A DNA stretch of 63,038 nucleotides, filler included, from Pseudomonadota bacterium (GTDB taxonomy: Bacteria > Bdellovibrionota_F > JAHFAK01 > JBDREC01): the NCBI GenBank assembly GCA_043820105.1. It is 5 parts of 5 records of this genome, joined end to end, with 100 filler letters (N's around TTAATTAATTAA, not from the genome) between each part and the next. Parts side by side here need not be neighbours in the genome. Positions count along the whole stretch, not along the records: positions 15,267 to 45,297 come from JBDREC010000061.1; 4 more parts are not named here. The stretch is one strand, 5' to 3'. How positions within the stretch are numbered: position 1 is the stretch's first letter; each line of letters begins with the position of its first letter. Made by a program: the position numbers and the translations under genes. Shown piece by piece: positions 30,388-40,613 of this stretch. Under the pieces are notes generated by a model. The model worked only from the letters and a program-made list of their open reading frames with translations. It did no database searches and had not been told where the DNA came from.

Positions 30388-31005
30388 TTGGAAGCAAGCA
30401 TTCTAGAAATTATTAAAAAACGAAAAAGCATTCGTCGCTATCTTCCAGATAAAGTAGATCGAAAAATCATTGATGTTATTATAGATGCTGGAAGGCTGGC
30501 GCCCTCTTCTCAAAACACTCAAAGCTGGAGATATATTGTCATTGATGATGACAAGTTATTGATTGAATTTAATGACATTGCTTTTAGTGGCCTTGCCAAA
30601 CCAAACAACTGGATTAGAAAAGCACCATGCATTATCTTAGGTTGCTGCGATAAGAGAGTCTTTGCAAAACAAAGTGATGATAAGTTAAGAAAGTTCATTT
30701 CAAAAATTGCACCTTCAAAATATAATTTTCTTGAAATGGATGTGGCAATCAGCATGCAAAACATGGTCCTGCAAGCAACTGAGCTTGGTCTTGGAACTTG
30801 CTATGTTGGATGGTTTAATAAAAACAAAGTCAAAAAGTTTTTTAAATTACCCAAAGGCGTTGAACCTATTCTACTAACACCGATTGGCTACGAAGATAAC
30901 AAATCAGAAATGCTAAAGTTTGAAAAAAATGTAAAAAAGTTTGCAAAATCTGCAAACAGAAAAGAAGTGGAAGAAATAACATTTTATAATAAAACTATTT
31001 CCTAA
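30388..31005 (+). CDS. nitroreductase family protein
   Basis: RKSIRRY, APSSQNTQSW, LGLGTCYVG. Confidence 0.92.
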   Translation: MEASILEIIKKRKSIRRYLPDKVDRKIIDVIIDAGRLAPSSQNTQSWRYIVIDDDKLLIEFNDIAFSGLAKPNNWIRKAPCIILGCCDKRVFAKQSDDKLRKFISKIAPSKYNFLEMDVAISMQNMVLQATELGLGTCYVGWFNKNKVKKFFKLPKGVEPILLTPIGYEDNKSEMLKFEKNVKKFAKSANRKEVEEITFYNKTIS

Positions 31006-31397
31006 AACTGTCTTTCAATACTTTCTTTTGATTCAGCCCCATCTTTCATAGTTGTACCTTCTAATGTAAAAGCAGGAGTACAAAAGCAATAAAACTCAAG
31101 GTTTTCAATTTTATGATTTTTTATTAAATGCCATGAATCTTTTGGGATTAAAATATTATCACCTTGCTTAACTTCTTTTGTTTCATCATTTATCGTCATT
31201 AAGCCCTGACCCTTAATAATTATATACCATTCAATAAAATCATGTTTATGTTCATCTGTCTTTAATCCTTCTTCCATAATAGCATAGGCTACAGACCCTT
31301 CTTTTATTTTGGCTGTGGGAAGGCCAAAGGTTTCTGTTATTTGGCAGCCATCAGTTGCGGTAAAATAATCACTATTGAAAATATTTTTGATTTGCAT
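31002..31397 (-). CDS. cupin domain protein
   Basis: HKH..EWYIIIKG..G..IP..WH. Confidence 0.88.
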   Translation of the reverse strand: MQIKNIFNSDYFTATDGCQITETFGLPTAKIKEGSVAYAIMEEGLKTDEHKHDFIEWYIIIKGQGLMTINDETKEVKQGDNILIPKDSWHLIKNHKIENLEFYCFCTPAFTLEGTTMKDGAESKESIERQF

Positions 31398-31536
31398 GAA
31401 AACTCCTATAAGTTTTAGAATTAAGATTAAGAGATAAGATTAAGAATATAGAAAATAGAATATTGATCAATATAAAATTAGAATTGAGATTAAAAATGAG
31501 GACCATGCTCAGAGAACCAATATATAAATTTTAGTG

Positions 31537-33165
31537 TTAAATACATTCTTTTAGCTCAGAACCAAGCCTTTGCGGATTTTGAATTGTATCGATCTTTATA
31601 AGTTTATTTGCTTTATAATTATATCTATTTATTAGAGTCTTGGGTTGCATATGATCAGTACCAGATTCCATTATTAGTTTTGTATAAAGTGCAAATCCTT
31701 GCACAATTGGAGCTAAAGCTCTTCCTATAATTATATCTTTGAATGAAAGCTCTATTTCAACTTCTTTTCTTAATTTTCTGACCCATTTTTTTACTTCAAC
31801 TGATGTAGCATGTGAAATTGCAGCTGGAAATAAGGGTAAGGCTCGAATAAGAAGTTTTTTATACTTTTTAAACCTTGAAATAATAATAGGCTTATTGCTA
31901 TTTTTAAAATGCCTATATCCAAGCAAGGTTTTTTCTATAAATCTGAGAGCAGATGGACCAAGTTTTTCAAAGTCTTGCTTAAATGCGTCTAATTGGATTT
32001 TTTCTATTTCAACAGCTGTGAAATTAGGGTGCTTAAAAAGCAAATGGAATCCGTCCTGTTTTGCATATGGAACATTTGTTAAAGTCCCTGCTTCATCTAA
32101 CCTTTTATATAAAGGAGTTTCTGGGCACGGACTGAAGATTAGAAATTGAGTTAAGCTTGGTTTTAAGGATAAAGTGTAATCAATATCCTTTTGTATATTC
32201 TCACTATCATGATGGTCTACACCAAGAATCATAGATCCAAGAGTATTTATTCCAACTTCATGTAAAGAATCAAAAAGTTTTTTTAAGTCAATTCCAGCTG
32301 TTTTATCATAAGAATAATATTTTGATTCAACACCAAGCCAAATCGTGTCAACACCAAGCTCAACAAGCCATTCAGGATCGTATTGCATTATACTTTTTGC
32401 ACTTGCAAAACATGAAAAGGTCCTGGGATTATCCGTTTCTTTAGATGTATATTCGTAAAGCTCTTTTATTCTTGTTTTATCTTTTAAAAAATCCTCATCA
32501 ATTATTGAGTAGGATCTAGCTTTCATTATTGAGTCATATTTTTTCATAGCTTCAAAAATATCTTTGCCTGTTTTTAATAAGGGAATGTGCTTTTTCTTGA
32601 AAAAATGGCTAGTACAACAAAAGTCACAACCATTTGGACAGCCAAGACCGCCAAAAATCACTCCAGTCTGTCCTACCGGAAGAGACAGGCAGCTCATTTC
32701 ATTTATCATTGTTGGAGTGTTAAATTTGGTAACTTGTGGCTCGTTCAAAAGTTCTTTCATATAAGATAGCCCCTCACCCCTGCAAACAAAATCAGCATAT
32801 TCATCAACTTCAGATAAAACAGTTCCATATCCACCTAAAATAATTTTTGTATTTGGAGAGTTTAACCTTGTTAACTCTATTAGTCTTTTAGCCTTGTCCC
32901 AGGTAGGCAAAACAAAGCCAATGCCTAGATAATCATAATCTTTTTTTAACTCTTTAATAAACTCTTTCTCACTTGGATAATGTAAAACTGTGGTTGGAGC
33001 ATTTATATTCTTTGCCATAAACTCAAGATTCCATCCATGATAGACAGATCGCAGTGAAAAAATCCCCTGAGACCTTGTAACCTGGGCATGAAAAAGCTCT
33101 GCCTGCACATGCTCATTTTCAAGCCCAAAGGGCTTCTGTACTGTAGTAAATAATACTTTATTCAT
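31537..33165 (-). CDS. B12-binding-domain radical SAM protein
   Basis: GCPNGCDFC, IIDEDF, GVES. Confidence 0.88.
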   Translation of the reverse strand: MNKVLFTTVQKPFGLENEHVQAELFHAQVTRSQGIFSLRSVYHGWNLEFMAKNINAPTTVLHYPSEKEFIKELKKDYDYLGIGFVLPTWDKAKRLIELTRLNSPNTKIILGGYGTVLSEVDEYADFVCRGEGLSYMKELLNEPQVTKFNTPTMINEMSCLSLPVGQTGVIFGGLGCPNGCDFCCTSHFFKKKHIPLLKTGKDIFEAMKKYDSIMKARSYSIIDEDFLKDKTRIKELYEYTSKETDNPRTFSCFASAKSIMQYDPEWLVELGVDTIWLGVESKYYSYDKTAGIDLKKLFDSLHEVGINTLGSMILGVDHHDSENIQKDIDYTLSLKPSLTQFLIFSPCPETPLYKRLDEAGTLTNVPYAKQDGFHLLFKHPNFTAVEIEKIQLDAFKQDFEKLGPSALRFIEKTLLGYRHFKNSNKPIIISRFKKYKKLLIRALPLFPAAISHATSVEVKKWVRKLRKEVEIELSFKDIIIGRALAPIVQGFALYTKLIMESGTDHMQPKTLINRYNYKANKLIKIDTIQNPQRLGSELKECI

Positions 33166-33272
33166 CTATAATTCCCTTCAATTTAAAATCCAAAATCCAA
33201 AATTCAAAATTCAAAATCAGATAATAACATATTTTCATTGAATTGATTGTAAAAGAAATGTAAAAGCTTAGA

Positions 33273-34205
33273 ATGAAAAAACTGCTCCCAATAATTTTTC
33301 TAGTTATAACTTTACTTGCATCAAGTGCGATACTTACCCTCTGGATAGTTTGGTATATTAGTGTAAACAATCTCTTTGGAAACTTATTTGAAAAATATGG
33401 AATTGAACCCTCATATTACACAAGTGTGCTTTGGCTTTTACAGGGAATTTTCCTTGTAGTTTTTGTCATTGCTGGTGCAATTACCATATTTGTATATTGG
33501 ACTAGATCAAAGTCCCTTGATAACATGAGAATGGCTTTTATATCAGGAGTTTCCCATGAACTATTAACACCCCTGTCTTCATTAAAACTTTATATTGAAA
33601 CAATGCTTTTAAGAAATATAAATAAAGAAAGGCAACAAGAATTTCTAAATCTTATGCTAGAAGATACTGATATTCTAGCTGACCATATTTCAAAAATCCT
33701 GCTAGCTTCCAAACTTGAACGGAAAAAAGCTGTTTATACTTTTAAAACAGTTAATATGACAGATTACATTACTGATTATTTAAGTTCTAATAAAAACAAT
33801 TTCAAAAAATCGAAAATTACATTTAGAAGTAATAGTAAAAATATTTTTTCAAAAATTGATACGGCATTTTTTAATATAGTATTAAGGAACATTATTGATA
33901 ATGCTATAAAATATGGTCCCAATAAGACCACTATCAAAATTGAATTAAATAAAAAAAATAATAAAAACATACTATCAATATCAGATAATGGCCCAGGAAT
34001 TGAAGAAAAAAGACTTAAAAAAATCTTCTCACTTTTTTATAGAATTAATCACAATAAAAAAGGAACAGGTCTTGGATTATATATAGTTAAGACACTTGTA
34101 AAAGCGCATAAGGGAAATATTTGGGCTATTAATAATATAGACAATAAAGGTATAACGATAAATATTTCACTAAAGGATGAATATGCAAAAGATATTAATA
34201 GTTGA
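33273..34205 (+). CDS. sensor histidine kinase
   Basis: 2 TM helices; SHELLTPL H-box; NAIKY, DNGPGI, GTGLGL. Confidence 0.93.
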   Translation: MKKLLPIIFLVITLLASSAILTLWIVWYISVNNLFGNLFEKYGIEPSYYTSVLWLLQGIFLVVFVIAGAITIFVYWTRSKSLDNMRMAFISGVSHELLTPLSSLKLYIETMLLRNINKERQQEFLNLMLEDTDILADHISKILLASKLERKKAVYTFKTVNMTDYITDYLSSNKNNFKKSKITFRSNSKNIFSKIDTAFFNIVLRNIIDNAIKYGPNKTTIKIELNKKNNKNILSISDNGPGIEEKRLKKIFSLFYRINHNKKGTGLGLYIVKTLVKAHKGNIWAINNIDNKGITINISLKDEYAKDINS

Positions 34206-34869
34206 AGATGAAGCCAATCTGGCAAAGGGGCTTAAGTTTAACCTTGAAATGGAAAACTATGAAGCTCACACTATTGATACAGCTGAAGAAGCATTAGATA
34301 TTTTTATGAACTTTGACATGATGATACTAGATATAATGCTTCCCAAGATGGATGGAATCACTGCCTTAAAAGAAATCAGAAAGCAAAATCCAAAGTTTCC
34401 AATACTAATTTTATCTGCAAAAAAATCTGAAGAAAGTATAGTCTCAGGCTTACAGGAAGGAGCTGATGATTATATGACAAAACCATTTTCTCTCAAAGAA
34501 CTCTTATTGAGAATAAATAGAATTTTAAGTAGACAATCATGGTACAATGATTCCACAAAAAAATTATCAAGCTATAATTTTTCCAGATTTTCAATAGATT
34601 TTGAAGCATTTGAGGCAAAAACAGCCAGAGGCCATACAAAACTTACACAATATGAATGTTTTGTAATGAAGTATTTAATTGAAAACAAGAATCAAATTGT
34701 AAGCAGGCAAGAACTACTTGAAAATGTTTGGGGCTATGAAAGTAAAGAAATTGAAACCAGAACTGTTGATATTTTTATTGCAAGGCTAAGAAAACTTTTT
34801 GAAAATAATCCAAAAAATCCTCTTCATATTATAAGTATTCGAGGATTAGGATATAAATTTGTAGATTAA
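34183..34869 (+). CDS. OmpR-family response regulator
   Basis: LIVEDE, LDIMLP, GADDYMTKPF, winged-helix IRGLGY. Confidence 0.95.
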   Translation: MQKILIVEDEANLAKGLKFNLEMENYEAHTIDTAEEALDIFMNFDMMILDIMLPKMDGITALKEIRKQNPKFPILILSAKKSEESIVSGLQEGADDYMTKPFSLKELLLRINRILSRQSWYNDSTKKLSSYNFSRFSIDFEAFEAKTARGHTKLTQYECFVMKYLIENKNQIVSRQELLENVWGYESKEIETRTVDIFIARLRKLFENNPKNPLHIISIRGLGYKFVD

Positions 34870-34911
34870 TTTAACTTGACCCTTTCTACTTAAAATAATA
34901 TTAAGCAAATC

Positions 34912-35199
34912 ATGAATATAGAAGCATTAAAAGATCTTATAGAATCCGCGAAAAAAACAACCTGGCATAAAAGTATTAAATTTGACGAAAGATTTCTGCT
35001 TTCTTATTTGGAAAACCACCCACAAGTTAAATCTCTTGAAACTTATTTAGTTAAAAATGGACTTCCCAGAATTAGACTTGAGTTTAACGATAATTCAATT
35101 GGATATGTAGATATGCTAATTCATAACGGATCAATAATTACTGAATATGAAGCTATGATTTCTCCACTTTCTTCTGAAGACCTTAATATTGAGATTTAA
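34912..35199 (+). CDS. hypothetical protein
   Basis: 95-aa ORF with TTGACC-N17-TATTAA ending 7 nt before ATG. Confidence 0.6.
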   Translation: MNIEALKDLIESAKKTTWHKSIKFDERFLLSYLENHPQVKSLETYLVKNGLPRIRLEFNDNSIGYVDMLIHNGSIITEYEAMISPLSSEDLNIEI

Positions 35200-35273
35200 A
35201 AACTGCAAGTTCTTGACTTATTTTTCACGTGCTTTATATATATGAAAATTTTTTTAGATGTAGGTTTCCTAGT

Positions 35274-36347
35274 ATGAATCAAAAAAAATTGCTTAAAATA
35301 AGACCCGAAATTGTCACGTATCTACTTGGTGAACAAAGCAATATATGTCTTTTATCTCTAAAAGATATATTAGAGAAGTTAAAAAATCATCCTTGTATGA
35401 TTTTATCTGCAAACGTAAGAGTTCCTCACGTTATTCCTGGTATAATGAAGGCAGCAACAGAAAAAAAAGCAATTATTGGTTTTTCTCTAGCTAGAAGTGA
35501 ATGTGACTTATCTGGTGGCTACACTGGACAAACTCCTCAGATTTTTTCTGATACTCTCTTGGAACATGCTGAAATGCAGAACTTTAAAATGCCTTTTTTT
35601 ATTCATGGCGACCATATAACAGTTAAAGACAATGAACAAGATTCTATATATGCAGCTAAGGAATTAATTGATGTTGAAATAGAATCAGGTTTTACCAGCT
35701 TTGCAATAGATGCTTCTTGCAATGAACCTCATGAAAGCATAGAAATAGTTAAAAGACTATCCAGAAGAATCCAAGATGAAGGCTATGCTCTGGAAATTGA
35801 GATAGGACAAGCCCACAATAGCGATAACCATAACAACCTGACCCATCCTGGTGACGCTAAAACATATATCAATAAACTTATTACCCAAAATGTTTATCCG
35901 AGCTTTGTCTCTATACAGAATGGCTTAAAACATGGTGTTTTTATAGAAGGCGAAGAAATTTTTATAGACTTAAAAAGAACAAAAGATATCTATGATATTG
36001 TCAAAGAATATGGCGTTTTTATTTCACAACACGCGATTAGCGGCAAGCCAGATAACCTTATTCTTAAGTTCCCAAACTATGGCATAAAAAAAGGTAACAT
36101 TGGATCCCTTTGGCAAAACATCACATACAATAATCTTCCAAAAGATTTAATGGATGAGATAAAGGACTGGTCTATTACTCAAGGAAAACACATAAAATAT
36201 GCACTCAGGCATTTTAAATCAGAGATTGACACTCTCCCAAGAAACATTGTTGATAAAATAGAATTACAAGCATATGAAGAAACCCTTAGATACATCAATC
36301 TTTTCCACCTCGAAAATACAGCCAGTCTAATGAATGAGGATGATTAA
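35274..36347 (+). CDS. class II fructose-bisphosphate aldolase family protein
   Basis: ARSE..GYTG, IHGDH, FTSFAIDAS, KHG, QHAISG, KKGNIG. Confidence 0.85.
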   Translation: MNQKKLLKIRPEIVTYLLGEQSNICLLSLKDILEKLKNHPCMILSANVRVPHVIPGIMKAATEKKAIIGFSLARSECDLSGGYTGQTPQIFSDTLLEHAEMQNFKMPFFIHGDHITVKDNEQDSIYAAKELIDVEIESGFTSFAIDASCNEPHESIEIVKRLSRRIQDEGYALEIEIGQAHNSDNHNNLTHPGDAKTYINKLITQNVYPSFVSIQNGLKHGVFIEGEEIFIDLKRTKDIYDIVKEYGVFISQHAISGKPDNLILKFPNYGIKKGNIGSLWQNITYNNLPKDLMDEIKDWSITQGKHIKYALRHFKSEIDTLPRNIVDKIELQAYEETLRYINLFHLENTASLMNEDD

Positions 36348-36349
36348 AA

Positions 36350-36901
36350 TTGAGGGTCATTTCTGGCATTTACAAAAACAAAAAACTATCTTGCCCTAAG
36401 GGCCAAGAGGTTCGCCCTACTTCTGATAAAGTAAAAGAATCACTCTTCAATATACTTGGCACAAGAATCCAAGATAAAAATATTGCTGATTGCTTTGCAG
36501 GATCAGGTGCTTTAGGAATTGAAGCTTTATCAAGATCTGCAAGTAGCTGCTTATTTATTGAAAAGCAAACAGAGCATTTAAAATACTTAAAAGAAAATAT
36601 TGATAACTGCGATTTAAATGAAAAATCTATTATTGTTAGATTAGATATTATAAAAGAAGCAAAAACCTGCGCAGAGATTTTAAATAAAAACAATATCCAT
36701 ATTGTATTTGCAGATCCTCCATACATATTCACAGATTTTAAAAGATTTTTAAATATTTTTGAAAAAATCAAAACAGTTGAACTTATATGCTTTGAGCACA
36801 GTTCAAAATTAGAAATAATTCTTCCAGAATTTTTAGAGCTGGCTGATTATCGCAAATATGGAGATACAGCTATTTCATTTATTGAGCCGTGTAGAAGCTA
36901 A
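36350..36901 (+). CDS. rsmD: 16S rRNA m2G966 methyltransferase
   Basis: RVISG, RPTSDKVKESLFNIL, FAGSGALGIEALSR, DPPY, YGDT. Confidence 0.95.
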   Translation: MRVISGIYKNKKLSCPKGQEVRPTSDKVKESLFNILGTRIQDKNIADCFAGSGALGIEALSRSASSCLFIEKQTEHLKYLKENIDNCDLNEKSIIVRLDIIKEAKTCAEILNKNNIHIVFADPPYIFTDFKRFLNIFEKIKTVELICFEHSSKLEIILPEFLELADYRKYGDTAISFIEPCRS

Positions 36902-37549
36902 AACCAAACAATCAATGCTTTGCACGCAACCTTTTAATTTTAGAACATTTGCTAAAGCTTCCAAACTTGCTCCTGTTGTACAAACATCATCCACTAGCAA
37001 AACACGCTTATTTTTTAAAAGGTCTTTTAATTTTATCTTAAAATCATTTGAGGAGATATTATTCTTTCGACCACTAAAATCAAGGCTTGCTTGAGATTTT
37101 GTTTTTTTACATTTAACAATTATGTTTGCTAATAAACCAATTTGAGTCATTTTTGATAGTGCTTCACATATCAATAAGATGTGATCAAAACCCCTTGAGT
37201 AAATTGTCAGATAATGACTAGGAAAAGGAATAATAAAGTCATGAGATTTTTTTCCAAATTCCAGAAAATAAACTTCAGATAACAAAAAAGCAAAAGTCTT
37301 TGCCAGCGAAAAGTGCAGATTATATTTATATTCTTTAATTAGCTTTGACAGCAAATCTTCAAAAGCTCCATATGCAATCAAGGAATCAACAAATCTTGGA
37401 GAAGCCTCAAACCCCTTCATGACTTGTCTTTCGAGCTTAGAAAGACAGTTTTTACAAAGACCGGTATTGTCCTGAAGATACTGAGTGCAAACAAAACAGA
37501 ATTGGGGGAAGGTAATATTCAAAACTTTATTTAAAATTTGCTGCAACAT
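36875..37549 (-). CDS. comF: ComF family competence protein
   Basis: FPQFCFVC..LCKNC, RGFD, LLVDDVCTTGAS. Confidence 0.9.
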   Translation of the reverse strand: MLQQILNKVLNITFPQFCFVCTQYLQDNTGLCKNCLSKLERQVMKGFEASPRFVDSLIAYGAFEDLLSKLIKEYKYNLHFSLAKTFAFLLSEVYFLEFGKKSHDFIIPFPSHYLTIYSRGFDHILLICEALSKMTQIGLLANIIVKCKKTKSQASLDFSGRKNNISSNDFKIKLKDLLKNKRVLLVDDVCTTGASLEALANVLKLKGCVQSIDCLVLASTRLNK

Positions 37550-37563
37550 AGTGATAAGTAGTA

Positions 37564-37579
37564 TGCAAAGTTTAGGCCA
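37564..37579 (-). promoter_or_regulatory. sigma-54 promoter of comF
   Basis: TGGCCTAAACTTTGCA immediately upstream of the ATG. Confidence 0.65.
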
Positions 37580-37654
37580 AAGCTATGAATAGAATTTATA
37601 TTTCGATACACAAAAAAAGATATTTGCTATTTAAACTTATTGGATAAGGAGTAC

Positions 37655-37742
37655 GATTAGGATTGGGATTAGGATTAAGATTAAGATTAAGATTAAGATT
37701 AAGACATAAGAGCTAAGAGAATAAAGAAGCAAGAGACAAGAA
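37655..37742 (+). repeat. hexamer (GATTAA/GATTAG) and octamer intergenic repeats
   Basis: read directly. Confidence 0.75.
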
Positions 37743-37875
37743 CGATAAACTATTACAATTTTCAAGTTAAATGGCAATATACGGCGAATAAAAAATCATA
37801 TCTTGATTTTTGTTTCTTTGTATAATTTAGTGTTTTCAAATCTTTAAAATATTCTCACAAAAAGGAGATCTGTAT

Positions 37876-38859
37876 ATGAAAAAATATCTTTTATTGATTT
37901 TAATTCTGGCAGTTAGTTTTGTTTTAAATTCATGCTTTAAAATTAATATTCAACCATTTAGACAAGAGCCAAAGCCTGCTAGTGAATATATAATAAAACC
38001 TGCTACATTAATAAGCACAAATGATAAAGTTGCTGTTATTGACATAGAAGGCTCAATTGGAGGAGGAAAATGTAAACCTCTATCTATTTGTGCAGTTGGT
38101 ATGATGTCAGTGCTTGCTAAAATTGAACAAGATACTGATGTTAAGGCTCTTATTATAAATGTTAATTCTCCTGGTGGAGAGGTTACAATAACTGATATTA
38201 TTTATGATTCTATTATGAAATTAAAAAAGAAAAAGAATATCCCGGTTTATACCTTCGTCCAAAGAGCTTGTTTTTCAGGAGGTTATTATATAGGCTTAGC
38301 TGCTGATGAAATTTATGCCCTTCCAACCTCCTCAATTGGATCAATTGGCGTAATATGGCTGTCATTTGAGCTTGTGGATACTTTGAAAAAAATAGGGGTT
38401 AAACCTGTTGTAATCAAATCTGTAAAAAATAAAGACTTAGCTTCTCCTTTTAAAGAAATGCTTCCTGAAGAAAGAAAAGCTATACAAGATAATATTGACC
38501 ATCTTCATAATAAATTTACGAACATAGTTGTTGATAGACGTGCAAAAATTACAAAAGATAATATTGATAAAATAGCAACTGGGTTTGTATTTACAGCAGA
38601 CGATGCATTAGAAAAGGGTTTAATTGATGGGGTTATGTATTATGATGAATTTCTTGAAAAACTTAAAGAAAAGCTAGAGCTTAAAGATTTTAACCTTGTA
38701 AGATACTCACTTTATAAAAATGAAATTCAAACCTATTATACTCCTCACATGTCTAATGATTTTCCTTTTTCACAAGATATTGGAGCTTCTTTGCTGAATG
38801 CTTTTGAAGAGACTCTTGAAAATAGAAGTGGGTATTATTATATGAGTGGTAAGTGGTGA
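37876..38859 (+). CDS. sppA: signal peptide peptidase SppA (S49), lipoprotein
   Basis: LNSC lipobox; VNSPGG, SGGYY, GSIGV. Confidence 0.92.
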   Translation: MKKYLLLILILAVSFVLNSCFKINIQPFRQEPKPASEYIIKPATLISTNDKVAVIDIEGSIGGGKCKPLSICAVGMMSVLAKIEQDTDVKALIINVNSPGGEVTITDIIYDSIMKLKKKKNIPVYTFVQRACFSGGYYIGLAADEIYALPTSSIGSIGVIWLSFELVDTLKKIGVKPVVIKSVKNKDLASPFKEMLPEERKAIQDNIDHLHNKFTNIVVDRRAKITKDNIDKIATGFVFTADDALEKGLIDGVMYYDEFLEKLKEKLELKDFNLVRYSLYKNEIQTYYTPHMSNDFPFSQDIGASLLNAFEETLENRSGYYYMSGKW

Positions 38860-38957
38860 GCTTGATGCTCGATACTTGATGCTAGATACTCGATACCCGA
38901 AGCTAGTTAAGGCTAAATCTTAATCCTTGCAGCTTAATCCTAATTTTAATTTAAATT

Positions 38958-40232
38958 TTAAAATTCGGCCTGTTCTTCTTCACATCCTTCTTCACCTTCT
39001 AGGCATTCTTCTTCAACTAAAACTTCTTGAGTTAAAACATCGTGAAACTCAGCGTTTATTCCAATGCTTGAATGCTCACCATCTAAATAGCCTTGAAAAT
39101 ATATACCTGTTATAACACAATCAACTTCCTCGCAATCTCTAATATCTCTCCAAATAAGAAAATCAATATCTGGGTCATTTGCATGTTCAGCGTGAATCCA
39201 AGAAACATCAACATCATAGTTATCCCTATCTAGCCAACGCTCACCTTCTCTTTCACGAGATTCAAAAAATGGAGCCCTTATAATTTCTCCATTAATATCT
39301 GAATCTCCTGCCTGTAAATAAATACCAGTTAAAGCTTTTTGGGAAGAATTGGATTGATCAACACCTGTTTCGTAATTAGCTTCATTTTCCACAGCAGTAC
39401 CACCTTCACATTCTGATCCATGTCCAGAGCCAAATGGAATAGTATCATATTCTGAAAAAGAACCATCTTCATTAATAATTTTATATCTTATAGCCATACA
39501 TTGTATTCTATTATTCCAATCAGGGTGTCCATTACTATAGCCTCTTAATTTTAAGCCAACTATAACTGAATTATCATCACTTCGAGATTGTACTGGAGCA
39601 TCTTCGCGAGCGTGACTTTCACCTTCTTCGCTATTATCAGTGTCTTCATGAAAACTTTCAAGCCTTGTAATTGGACCTTGGAGATCAATTTTCAAAACAT
39701 ATTCAGGCTCATCAGGATCAACAGGTTCTTCGCAATAAAGCTCAACACATTCTTCAATGCTATAACCCTCTTCACCATATACAGCATCATACTGCTCTGA
39801 TGTTCCACAATAACAATTCATATCACATGTCAAATCAGTTCCTGCTTCTTCATCAAAATATTCTGACATTTCAAAGGCTTCTTCTGAACACTGATCAACT
39901 TCACCTTCTTCACAAAAGGTTGGAAAGAGTTCAGCGAATTCTGGATCAGCACAGTAATAATCATAGATATCACCCCAAACTGGATTCCAGCATTCTGTTG
40001 CAGCATCTAAAACACATTGAAAATCATCTTCGCAAAGTGCTTCAGCGTCAGCCATACATTCTTCTAATGTAGTTTGTAAAATAGGAATGCTTGGGCCATC
40101 AATATCTAATCCACCACCATCATCACCACCACCTTGTGTTTGTTCTCTTTTAGTGTTTTTTGCACATGAAAACATAAAAAGAGTTAAAACAGCCAGGATA
40201 ATCATTATCTCTTTTTTTCTTAAAAATTTCAT
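38958..40232 (-). CDS. Cys-rich acidic lipoprotein with possible beta-prism C-terminal domain
   Basis: FSC lipobox; three IVGLKLRG/LTGIYLQAG/ITGIYFQG repeats. Confidence 0.75.
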   Translation of the reverse strand: MKFLRKKEIMIILAVLTLFMFSCAKNTKREQTQGGGDDGGGLDIDGPSIPILQTTLEECMADAEALCEDDFQCVLDAATECWNPVWGDIYDYYCADPEFAELFPTFCEEGEVDQCSEEAFEMSEYFDEEAGTDLTCDMNCYCGTSEQYDAVYGEEGYSIEECVELYCEEPVDPDEPEYVLKIDLQGPITRLESFHEDTDNSEEGESHAREDAPVQSRSDDNSVIVGLKLRGYSNGHPDWNNRIQCMAIRYKIINEDGSFSEYDTIPFGSGHGSECEGGTAVENEANYETGVDQSNSSQKALTGIYLQAGDSDINGEIIRAPFFESREREGERWLDRDNYDVDVSWIHAEHANDPDIDFLIWRDIRDCEEVDCVITGIYFQGYLDGEHSSIGINAEFHDVLTQEVLVEEECLEGEEGCEEEQAEF

Positions 40233-40271
40233 ATATTCTCCCCATTATTTATTTAATCATTATATTTAATA

Positions 40272-40391
40272 TTATGCATTTTCTTCTTGGATTTGATTTC
40301 TCTGCCTATCTTCATTTTTAGCACAAGAAAATAAAGTTATTATGGAAATAAAAATTAGAAAGAATATTCTAATATAGTCTAGGTGTTTCAT
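40272..40391 (-). CDS. 39-aa mini-lipoprotein (not in ORF track)
   Basis: MKHLDYIRIFFLIFISIITLFSCAKNEDRQRNQIQEENA; GGGGAAG RBS; FSCAKN identical to the next gene. Confidence 0.6.
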   Translation of the reverse strand: MKHLDYIRIFFLIFISIITLFSCAKNEDRQRNQIQEENA

Positions 40392-40515
40392 GTCTTCCCC
40401 CAAGCTCGGTTGATTTGAGCTTATATCTTTTATTTAATACAATTAATTTTTTGCATCTTTGAGACTGCTTAGTTGGAATGATAAACAAATATGTTTTCAT
40501 TCATAGAATTATAGA

Positions 40516-40531
40516 TGCAAAGATCATGCCG
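40516..40531 (-). promoter_or_regulatory. sigma-54 promoter
   Basis: CGGCATGATCTTTGCA upstream of the two FSCAKN lipoprotein genes. Confidence 0.7.
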
Positions 40532-40613
40532 CGCCATAAGCCCATGTTTTCATTGCTTTTCATCTGTTTATGTAAAACAAAATGGCCTGAATCTTGCACC
40601 AAATAGCCGAATT

